Assembly (NCBI GenBank): GCA_965215125.1
Contig: OZ244052.1
Span: 224,001 to 288,000 of the forward strand
Length of the DNA: 64,000 nt
From: an uncultured candidatus Porisulfidus sp.
GTDB lineage: Bacteria; Pseudomonadota; Gammaproteobacteria; Poriferisulfidales; Oxydemutatoraceae
Direction of reading: 5' to 3'
The position numbers were made by a program, and so were the translations under genes. This document shows positions 20,182-32,100 of the stretch, in pieces; position 1 is the first letter of the stretch; the number at the start of each line of letters is the position of its first letter. The notes under the pieces were generated by a model that had not been told where the DNA came from, made no database searches, and saw only the letters and a list, made by a program, of their open reading frames with translations.

Positions 20182-23100
20182 TTATTGAAGAAGGCCTTCT
20201 AAAAATACTTTGACATGTATCCTAATCGCTATATGGACACGTACCGAAACGGCCCCTCTACCGCCTAACCCGCCGCTGTCGGTTGCGGTGAATGTAATCA
20301 CCGCTTCTCCGCTCTGCTCGGCGGTTAGTGTAAAGGTGATACTCGTATTGGTCGTTATATCGTCGGTTTCCGCAGATGTCGTCACCGATACAATCGTTCG
20401 GCTCGACGACATCGCTTCCAATGTGACGATATCATCCACATCAAAATTATCATCCGCCACCGAGACAACAATATGAGCCGTACTATTCAGGGATAGTGTT
20501 TGATCCAATGACGGTGTAATCATAATTGTCGGTTTCGTATTCGCTTCTACTCGCACTTCAAATTCCTCCGAAATCCTTGAATTTGATAGACCTCTGCCGT
20601 CATTTACCGTCACCATAATCGTCGCACTACCGGCACCGACACCGCTAACTTCAAGTGTGCGGGTAGCACCATCGGTCGCAATAATCGTTGCGGTTGCAAT
20701 CAGGCTATTGCCGGTATCAATGCTTACACTAAGGCTATCGTCGTCGTCGGCATCGTTTATTGTTACATTCAGCGTAGTCTTTGTTCCTTCCAACAATCTG
20801 ATGGGTTGTTCGGGAATACCAATAATCGTCGGAGCCATGTTCCGCTCCACCGTCACCAAGACCGAAGCCGAAACCAACTCGGTGTGTTCATCGCTCACGG
20901 TGATATTGAGTGTTGCCACACCGGCTTTCAACCCTTTAATCTTTAGAGTTTGTGCGTCTCTTGTAACACTGCCGTTGGTCATTACCATCACACTGGTGGT
21001 CACCAATTCCACTACATCTTGGTTCTCATTCATTGCGGTTAGCGATAAAGTTAAGCTGTCGTCGGTATCGGCATCGGATACCGACACTGCAATAGCCTGC
21101 TCTCTGCCTTCCTTGACCGAGACTGTATTGTCAAAAGATGTAATCGTCGGAGGCGTGTTGACACGCACCGACACGGTTTTACTGTTTGTTGACTCGTTGC
21201 TGTCGGTTGCGGTGAATGTAATCACCGCTTCTCCGCTCTGCTCGGCAGTTAGTGTAAAGATGATACTCGTATTGGTCGTTATATCGTCGGTTTCTGCAGA
21301 TGTCGCCACCGATACAATCGTTCGGCTCGACGACATCGCTTCCAATGTGACACTATCACCCAAATCGAAATTATCATCCGCCACCGAGACAACGACATCG
21401 GTCATGTCATTCAACTGCATCGTTGGAACGGTGGGCGGTGTAATCATAATCGTCGGTTTCGTATTCGCTTCTACTCGCACTTCAAATTCCTCCGAAATCC
21501 TTGAATTCGATAGACCTCTGCCGTCATTTACCGTCACCATAATCGTCGCACTACCGGCACCGACACCGCTAACTTCAAGTGTGCGGGTAGCACCATCGGT
21601 CGCAATAATCGTTGCGGTTGCAATCAGGCTATTGCCGGTATCAATGCTTACACTAAGGCTATCGTCTACATCGGCATCGTTTATCACAACATTCAGCGTA
21701 GTTTCTGTTCCTTCCAACAATCTGATGGGTTGTTCGGGAATACCAATAATCGTCGGAGCCGTGTTCCGCTCCACCATCACCGAAACCGAAACCGGAGCCG
21801 ACTCGGTGTGTTCATCGCTCACGGTGATATTGAGTGTTGCCACACCGGCTTTCAACCCTTTAATCTTTAGAGTTTGTGCGTCTCTTGTAACACTGCCGTT
21901 GGTCATTACCATCACACTGGTGGTCACCAATTCCACTACATCTTGGTTCTCATCCATTGCGGTTAACGATAAAGTTAAGCTGTCGTCGGTGTCGGCATCG
22001 GATACCGACACTGCAATAGTCTGCTCTCTGCCCTCCTTGACCGAGACTGTATTGTCAAAAGATGTAATCGTCGGAGGCGTGTTGACACGCACCGACACGG
22101 TTTTACTGTTTGTTGACTCGTTGCTGTCGGTTGCGGTGAATGTAATCACCGCTTCTCCGCTTTGCTCGGCGGTTAGCGTAAAGGTGATACTCGTATTAGT
22201 GGTTATATCGTCGGTTTCTGCAGATGTCGTCACCGATACGATCGTTCGGCTCGACGACATCGCTTCCAATGTGACACTATCATCCAAATCGAAATTATCA
22301 TCCGCCACCGAGACAATAATATCGGTCATGTCATTCAACTGCATCGTTGGAACGGTGGGCGGTGTAATCATAATCGTCGGTTTCGTATTCGCTTCTACTC
22401 GCACTTCAAATTCCTCCGAAATCCTTGAACTTGATAGATCTCTGCCGTCATTTACCGTCACCATAATCGTCGCACTACCGGCACCGACACCGCTAACTTC
22501 AAGTGTGCGGGTAGCACCATCGGTCGCAATAATCGTTGCGGTTGCAATCAGGCTATTGCCGGTATCAATGCTTACACTAGGGCTATCGTCGTCGTCGGCA
22601 TCGTTTATTGTTACACTCAGCGTAGTCTTTGTTCTTTCCAACAATCTGATGGGTTGTTCGGGAATACCAATAATCGTCGGAGCCGTGTTCCGCTCCACCG
22701 TCACCGAAACCGAAGCCGGAGCCGACTCGGTGTGTTCATCGCTCACGGTGATATTGAGTGTTGCCACACCGGCTTTCAACCCTTTAATCTTTAGAGTTTG
22801 TGCGTCTCTTGCAACACTGCCGTTGGTCATTACCATCACACTGGTGGTCACCAATTCCACTACATCTTGGTTCTCATTCATTGCGGTTAGCGATAAAGTT
22901 AAGCTGTCGTCGGTATCGGCATCGGATACCGACACTGCAATAGTCTGCTCTCTGCCCTCCTTGACCGAGACTGTATTGTCAAAAGATGTAATCGTCGGAG
23001 GCGTGTTGACACGCACCGACACGGTTTTACTGTTTGTTGACTCGTTGCTGTCGGTTGCGGTGAATGTAATCACCGCTTCTCCGCTTTGCTCGGCGGTTAG

Positions 23101-26100
23101 TGTAAAGGTGATACTCGTATTGGTCGTTATATCGTCGGTTTCTGCAGATGTCGTCACCGATACGATCGTTCGGCTCGACGACATCGCTTCCAATGTGACA
23201 CTATCATCCAAATCGAAATTATCATCCGCCACCGAGACAACGACATCGGTCATGTCATTCAACTGCATCGTTGGAACGGTGGGCGGTGTAATCATAATCG
23301 TCGGTTTCGTATTCGCTTCTACTCGCACTTCAAATTCCTCCAAAATCCTTGAACTTGATAGATCTCTGCCGTCATTTACCGTCACCATAATCGTCGCACT
23401 ACCGGCACCGACACCGCTAACTTCAAGTGTGCGGGTAGCACCATCGGTCGCAATAATCGTTGCGGTTGCAATCAAGCTATTGCCGGTATCAATGCTTACA
23501 CTAAGGCTATCGTCGTCGTCGTCGGCATCGTTTATTGTTACATTCAGCGTAGTTTCTGTTCCTTCCAACAATCTGATGGGTTGTTCGGGAATACCAATAA
23601 TCGTCGGAGCCGTGTTCCGCTCCACCGTCACCAAGACCGAAGCCGAAACCGACTCGGTGTGTTCATCGCTCACGGTGATATTGAGTGTTGCCACACCGGC
23701 TTTCAGCCCTTTAATCTTTAGAGTTTGTGCGTCTCTTGCAACACTGCCGTTGGTCATTACTATCACACTGGTGGTCACCAATTCCACTATATCTTGGTTC
23801 TCATTCATTGCGGTTAACGATAAAGTTAAGCTGTCGTCGGGGTCGGCATCGGATACCGACACTGCAATAGTCTGCTCTCTGCCCTCCTTGACCGAGACTG
23901 TATTGTCAAAAGATGTAATCGTCGGAGGCGTGTTGACACGCACCGACACGGTTTTACTGTTTGTTGACTCGTTGCTGTCGGTTGCGGTGAATGTAATCAC
24001 CGCTTCTCCGCTTTGCTCGGCGGTTAGTGTAAAGGTGATACTCGTATTGGTCGTTATATCGTCGGTTTCTGCAGATGTCGCCACCGATACGATCGTTCGG
24101 CTCGACGACATCGCTTCCAATGTGACACTATCACCCAAATCGAAATTATCATCCGCCACCAAGACAACGACATCGGTCATGTCATTCAACTGCATCGTTG
24201 GAACGGTGGGCGGTGTAATCATAATCGTCGGTTTCGTATTCGCTTCTACTCGCACTTCAAATTCCTCCAAAATCCTTGAACTTGATAGATCTCTGCCGTC
24301 ATTTACCGTCACCATAATCGTCGCACTACCGGCACCGACACCGCTAACTTCAAGTGTGCGGGTAGCACCATCGGTCGCAATAATCGTTGCGGTTGCAATC
24401 AGGCTATTGCCGGTATCAATGCTTACACTAAGGCTATCGTCTACATCGGCATCGTTTATCACAACATTCAGCGTAGTTTCTGTTCCTTCCAACAATCTGA
24501 TGGGTTGTTCGGGAATACCAATAATCGTCGGAGCCGTGTTCCGCTCCACCGTCACCGAAACCGAAACCGGAGCCGACTCGGTGTGTTCATCGCTCACGGT
24601 GATATTGAGTGTTGCCACACCGGCTTTCAACCCTTTAATCTTTAGAGCTTGTGCGTCTCTTGTAACACTGCCGTTGGTCATTACTGTCACACTGGTGGTC
24701 ACCAATTCCACTATATCTTGGTTCTCATTCATTGCGGTCAGCGATAAAGTTAAGCTGTCGTCGGTGTCGGCATCGGATACCGACACTGCAATAGTCTGCT
24801 CTCTGCCCTCCTTGACCGAGACTGTATTGTCAAAAGATGTAATCGTCGGAGGCGTGTTGACACGCACCGACACGGTTTTACTGTTTGTTGACTCGTTGCT
24901 GTCGGTTGCGGTGAATGTAATCACCGCTTCTCCGCTTTGCTCGGCAGTTAGTGTGAAGGTGATACTCGTATTGGTCGTTATATCGTCGGTTTCTGCAGAT
25001 GTCGTCACCGATACGATCGTTCGGCTCGACGACATCGCTTCCAATGTGACACTATCACCCAAATCGAAATTATCATCCGCCACCAAGACAACGACATCGG
25101 TCATGTCATTCAACTGCATCGTTGGAACGGTGGGCGGTGTAATCATAATTGTCGGTTTCGTATTCGCTTCTACTCGCACTTCAAATTCCTCCAAAATCCT
25201 TGAACTTGATAGATCTCTGCCGTCATTTACCGTCACCATAATCGTCGCACTACCGGCACCGACACCGCTAACTTCAAGTGTGCGGGTAGCACCATCGGTC
25301 GCAATAATCGTTGCGGTTGCAATCAAGCTATTGCCGGTATCAATGCTTACACTAAGGCTATCGTCGTCGTCGGCATCGTTTATTGTTACATTCAGCGTAG
25401 TTTCTGTTCCTTCCAACAATCTGATGGGTTGTTCGGGAATACCAATAATCGTCGGAGCCGTGTTCCGCTCCACCGTCACCAAGACCGAAGCCGAAACCGA
25501 CTCGGTGTGTGCATCGCTCACGGTGATATTGAGTGTTGCCACACCGGCTTTCAATCCTTTAATCTTTAGAGTTTGTGCGTCTCTTGCAACACTGCCGTTG
25601 GTCATTACCATCACACTGGTGGTCACCAATTCCACTATATCTTGGTTCTCATTCATTGCGGTTAGCGATAAAGTTAAGCTGTCGTCGGTATCGGCATCGG
25701 ATACCGACACTGCAATAGCCTGCTCTCTGCCTTCCTTGACCGAGACTGTATTGTCAAAAGATGTAATCGTCGGAGGCGTGTTGACACGCACCGACACGGT
25801 TTTACTGTTTGTTGACTCGTTGCTGTCGGTTGCGGTGAATGTAATCACCGCTTCTCCGCTCTGCTCGGCGGTTAGTGTAAAGGTGATACTCGTATTGGTC
25901 GTTATATCGTCGGTTTCTGCAGATGTCGTCACCGATACAATCGTTCGGCTCGACGACATCGCTTCCAATGTGACACTATCACCCAAATCGAAATTATCAT
26001 CCGCCACCGAGACAATAATATCGGTCATGTCATTCAACTGCATCGTTGGAACGGTGGGCGGTGTAATCATAATCGTCGGTTTCGTATTCGCTTCTACTCG

Positions 26101-29100
26101 CACTTCAAATTCCTCCGAAATCCTTGAATTCGATAGACCTCTGCCGTCATTTACCGTCACCATAATCGTCGCACTACCGGCACCGACACCGCTAACTTCA
26201 AGTGTGCGGGTAGCACCATCGGTCGCAATAATCGTTGCGGTTGCAATCAGGCTATTGCCGGTATCAATGCTTACACTAGGGCTATCGTCGTCGTCGGCAT
26301 CGTTTATCACAACATTCAGGGTAGTTTCTGTTCCTTCCAACAATCTGATGGGTTGTTCGGGAATACCAATAATCGTCGGAGCCGTGTTCCGCTCCACCGT
26401 CACCGAAACCGAAGCCGAAACCGACTCGGTGTGTTCATCGCTCACGGTGATATTGAGTGTTGCCACACCGGCTTTCAGCCCTTTAATCTTTAGAGTTTGT
26501 GCGTCTCTTGCAACACTGCCGTTGGTCATTACTATCACACTGGTGGTCACCAATTCCACTACATCTTGATTCTCATTCATTGCGGTTAACGATAAAGTTA
26601 AGCTGTCGTCGGTGTCGGCATCGGATACCGACACTGCAATAGTCTGCTCTCTGCCCTCCTTGACCGAGACTGTATTGTCAAAAGATGTAATCGTCGGAGA
26701 GGCATTGACTCGCACCGACACGGTTTTACTGTTTGTTGACTCGTTGCTGTCGGTTGCGGTGAATGTAATCACCGCTTCTCCGCTCTGCTCGGCGGTTAGT
26801 GTAAAGATGATACTCGTATTGGTCGTTATATCGTCGGTTTCTGCAGATGTCGTCACCGATACAATCGTTCGGCTCGACGACATCGCTTCCAATGTGACAC
26901 TATCACCCAAATCGAAATTATCATCCGCCACCGAGACAATAATATCGGTCATGTCATTCAACTGCATCGTTGGAACGGTGGGCGGTGTAATCATAATCGT
27001 CGGTTTCGTATTCGCTTCTACTCGCACTTCAAATTCCTCCGAAATCCTTGAATTCGATAGACCTCTGCCGTCATTTACCGTCACCATAATCGTCGCACTA
27101 CCGGCACCGACACCGCTAACTTCAAGTGTGCGGGTAGCACCATCGGTCGCAATAATCGTTGCGGTTGCAATCAGGCTATTGCCGGTATCAATGCTTACAC
27201 TAGGGCTATCGTCGTCGTCGGCATCGTTTATCACAACATTCAGGGTAGTTTCTGTTCCTTCCAACAATCTGATGGGTTGTTCGGGAATACCAATAATCGT
27301 CGGAGCCGTGTTCCGCTCCACCGTCACCGAAACCGAAGCCGAAACCGACTCGGTGTGTTCATCGCTCACGGTGATATTGAGTGTTGCCACACCGGCTTTC
27401 AGCCCTTTAATCTTTAGAGTTTGTGCGTCTCTTGCAACACTGCCGTTGGTCATTACTATCACACTGGTGGTCACCAATTCCACTATATCTTGGTTCTCAT
27501 TCATTGCGGTTAACGATAAAGTTAAGCTGTCGTCGGGGTCGGCATCGGATACCGACACTGCAATAGTCTGCTCTCTGCCCTCCTTGACCGAGACTGTATT
27601 GTCAAAAGATGTAATCGTCGGAGAGGCATTGACACGCACCGACACGGTTTTACTGTTTGTTGACTCGTTGCTGTCGGTTGCGGTGAATGTAATCACCGCT
27701 TCTCCGCTCTGCTCGGCGGTTAGTGTAAAGGTGATACTCGTATTGGTCGTTATATCGTCGGTTTCTGCAGATGTCGTCACCGATACGATCGTTCGGCTCG
27801 ACGACATCGCTTCCAATGTGACACTATCACCCAAATCGAAATTATCATCCGCCACCGAGACAACGACATCGGTCATGTCATTCAACTGCATCGTTGGAAC
27901 GGTGGGCGGTGTAATCATAATCGTCGGTTTCGTATTCGCTTCTACTCGCACTTCAAATTCCTCCAAAATCCTTGAATTCGATAAACCTCTGCCGTCATTT
28001 ACCGTCACCATAATCGTCGCACTACCGGCACCGACACCGCTAACTTCAAGTGTGCGGGTAGCACCATCGGTCGCAATAATCGTTGCGGTTGCAATCAAGC
28101 TATTGCCGGTATCAATGCTTACACTAAGGCTATCGTCGTCGTCGTCGGCATCGTTTATTGTTACATTCAGCGTAGTTTCTGTTCTTTCCAACAATCTGAT
28201 GGGTTGTTCGGGAATACCAATAATCGTCGGAGCCGTGTTCCGCTCCACCGTCACCAAGACCGAAGCCGCAACCGACTCGGTGTGTGCATCGCTCACGGTG
28301 ATATTGAGTGTTGCCACACCGGCTTTCAACCCTTTAATCTTTAGAGTTTGTGCGTCTCTTGTAACACTGCCGTTGGTCATTACTATCACACTGGTGGTCA
28401 CCAATTCCACTACATCTTGATTCTCATTCATTGCGGTTAGCGATAAAGTTAAGCTGTCGTCGGTGTCGGCATCGGATACCGACACTGCAATAGTCTGCTC
28501 TCTGCCCTCCTTGACCGAGACTGTATTGTCAAAAGATGTAATCGTCGGAGAGGCATTGACTCGCACCGACACGGTTTTACTGTTTGTTGACTCGTTGCTG
28601 TCGGTTGCGGTGAATGTAATCACCGCTTCTCCGCTCTGCTCGGCGGTTAGTGTAAAGATGATACTCGTATTGGTCGTTATATCGTCGGTTTCTGCAGATG
28701 TCGTCACCGATACAATCGTTCGGCTCGACGACATCGCTTCCAATGTGACACTATCACCCAAATCGAAATTATCATCCGCCACCGAGACAATAATATCGGT
28801 CATGTCATTCAACTGCATCGTTGGAACGGTGGGCGGTGTAATCATAATCGTCGGAGCCGTGTTCCGCTCCACCGTCACCAAGACCGAAGCCGAAACCGAC
28901 TCGGTGTGTGCATCGCTCACGGTGATATTGAGTGTTGCCACACCGGCTTTCAACCCTTTAATCTTTAGAGTTTGTGCGTCTCTTGTAACACTGCCGTTGG
29001 TCATTACTATCACACTGGTGGTCACCAATTCCACTACATCTTGGTTCTCATTCATTGCGGTTAACGATAAAGTTAAGCTGTCGTCGGTATCGGCATCGGA

Positions 29101-32100
29101 TACCGACACTGCAATAGTCTGCTCTCTGCCCTCCTTGACCGAGACTGTATTGTCAAAAGATGTAATCGTCGGAGAGGCATTGACTCGCACCGACACGGTT
29201 TTACTGTTTGTTGACTCGTTGCTGTCGGTTGCGGTGAATGTAATCATCGCTTCTCCGCTCTGCTCGGCGGTTAGTGTAAAGGTGATACTCGTATTGGTCG
29301 TTATATCGTCGGTTTCCGCAGATGTCGTCACCGATACGATCGTTCGGCTCGACGACATCGCTTCCAATGTGACACTATCATCCAAATCGAAATTATCATC
29401 CGCCACCGAGACAATAATATCGGTCATGTCATTCAACTGCATCGTTGGAACGGTGGGTGGTGTAATCATAATCGTCGGTTTCGTATTCGCTTCTACTCGC
29501 ACTTCAAATTCCTCCGAAATCCTTGAATTTGCTATATCTCTGCCGTCATTTACCGTCACCATAATCGTCGCACTACCGGCACCGACACCGCTAACTTCAA
29601 GTGTGCGGGTAGCACCATCGGTCGCAATAATCGTTGCGGTTGTAATCAGGCTATTGCCGGTATTAATGCTTACACTAAGGCTATCGTCGTCGTCGGCATC
29701 GTTTATTGTTACATTCAGGGTAGTTTCTGTTCCTTCCAACAATCTGATGGGTTGTTCGGGAATACCAATAATCGTCGGAGCCGTGTTCCGCTCCACCGTC
29801 ACCGAAACCGAAGCCGAAACCGACTCGGTGTGTTCATCGCTCACGGTGATATTGAGTGTTGCCACACCGGCTTTCAACCCTTTAATCTTTAGAGTTTGTG
29901 CGTCTCTTGTAACACTGCCGTTGGTCATTACTATCACACTGGTGGTCACCAATTCCACTACATCTTGGTTCTCATTCATTGCGGTTAACGATAAAGTTAA
30001 GCTGTTGTCGGTGTCGGCATCGGATACCGACACTGCAATAGTCTGCTCTCTGCCCTCCTTGACCGAGACCGTATTGTCAAAAGATGTAATCGTCGGAGGC
30101 GTGTTGACACGCACCGACACGGTTTTACTGTTTGTTGACTCGTTGCTGTCGGTTGCGGTGAATGTAATCACCGCTTCTCCGCTTTGCTCGGCGGTTAGTG
30201 TGAAGGTGATACTCGTATTGGTCGTTATATCGTCGGTTTCCGCAGATGTCGTCACCGATACGATCGTTCGGCTCGACGACATCGCTTCCAATGTGACACT
30301 ATCACCCAAATCGAAATTATCATCCGCCACCGAGACAACGACATCGGTCATGTCATTCAACTGCATCGTTGGAACGGTGGGCGGTGTAATCATAATCGTC
30401 GGTTTCGTATTCGCTTCTACTGGAACTTTAATCGGCACCTCTTCAGACGGCGGCGGTCTGCCTTGATTGGGTATCACCGTGCCGTCGCTATATTTAAGCG
30501 CAGGATACTGCTCGGTGGTGCCAAAATCCCATGCTTCGTTACTCCAGCTTCTATATATCCCGGTTTGCATTGTGGGTCCTTGTAGTGCCATCGTTGTTAT
30601 ACCTTCGCCATCGTCACTTGTCTCTATTCCACTGGTATTTATATCCCAATAGCTGTTCGTGATGGAACCATTATTAATACCGACTAAACCGCCTACATTA
30701 TAATCTCCTGAAACAAAACTCGTCGCATAGCTGTTCGTGATAATGCTAAGTATATTAGTTCCGACTAAACCACCTGCATTTCCATTTCCTAAAACAGAAA
30801 CCATAGCATAGCTGTTCGTGATAGTGCCGCCTCTATTCCAACCGACTAAACCGCCAAGACTACTACCATTTCCTGAAACAGAAACCATAGCATAGCTGTT
30901 CGCGATAACACCGTAATTCTCACCAACTAAACCGCCTACATCGTTATCCCCTGAAACAGAACCCATAGCATAGCTGTACGTGATAGTACCATCTCGATTA
31001 AGACCGACTAAACCGCCTACTTCAAAATTCCCGATAATGTTGACACTTAGTAAACCAACATTAGTAATTTCAGCCCCACTGCCCGTGTAACCGAACAAGC
31101 CTATTTGGCGCGTACCACTTCTATCAATCGTAAGATTAGAAATCGTAAAACCTTTGCCTTCAAATTCGCTCCTGAAAGCATTAGAGAAAGAATCCCCAAT
31201 CGGCTGCCAACCTGCTCCCGTAGTCCATGTAATCCTGTTAGCTGTTGAACTATAGCTTTCATCGTCGTTAAAGTCTAAATCTCTCGTCAGTTCATAGCCT
31301 CTGCACACGTTATTAGGACAACCTACTGAAACCTCAAGTGCCGTCTCGCTTTCTCTATAGCCGGTCCCGTCCAGTTGATAACGTATCGCATTCAACTCCT
31401 CTAAATTATCAACCTCTATCAAACCGTCATCATCCCTATCAACATCTCCGTTAAACTCATAATAATTAAGATAGAGAGTATAAATAACAGTTTGCATTAT
31501 TGCACCCCCATTCTCAACCTCAATTGTGATTGTAGTTATCCCGTCGGTGTTTAACGAAATCATGCCACTCTCATCACCACTATCTATAGTTCTTGTCTCC
31601 TCGTTAGCCGTAATATAAACCTTAGCATCGAGATTTACTGTTATTGGTCTGAACTGTATTGTGCTTGCACTACTAACTAACGTCCCTCTGTAGCTCGGCA
31701 CTACCACATCAAAATCAGGCGATAAATTACCTTCCACTAATTGCAATTCCTTCAAGCCATCTCTCAGTACGGGCGACAACAAACTACCACAGACAGGTGG
31801 GTCTGTTATGGTATCATCCGTACTTGTTGTACGACATTCGCTACTATCCGTGTTAGGATTGTCGGTATATTTAAGGATTGGATATTGGCTGCCAGTGCCG
31901 AAATACCAATTCGTAGTACTCCATTCGTAATAGGGTTTGTTACTGTCTGTGTCTTGTGCGCTCCCTGCTATCAATTCCCCCCTGGTTTTACCCATGCCAT
32001 TGGCACCTCCTGCTATTCCACTGGTATTTATATCCCAATAGCTGTTCGTGATAATACCTCTACTATTCCTACCGACTAAACCGCCTACATCGCTACCTTC

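Noticed and set aside
20657-30466. Long plus-strand ORFs (1970, 602 and 667 aa)
   Set aside because: Antisense shadows of the repetitive adhesin, with Val/Ser/Thr-biased sequence and sporadic stops.
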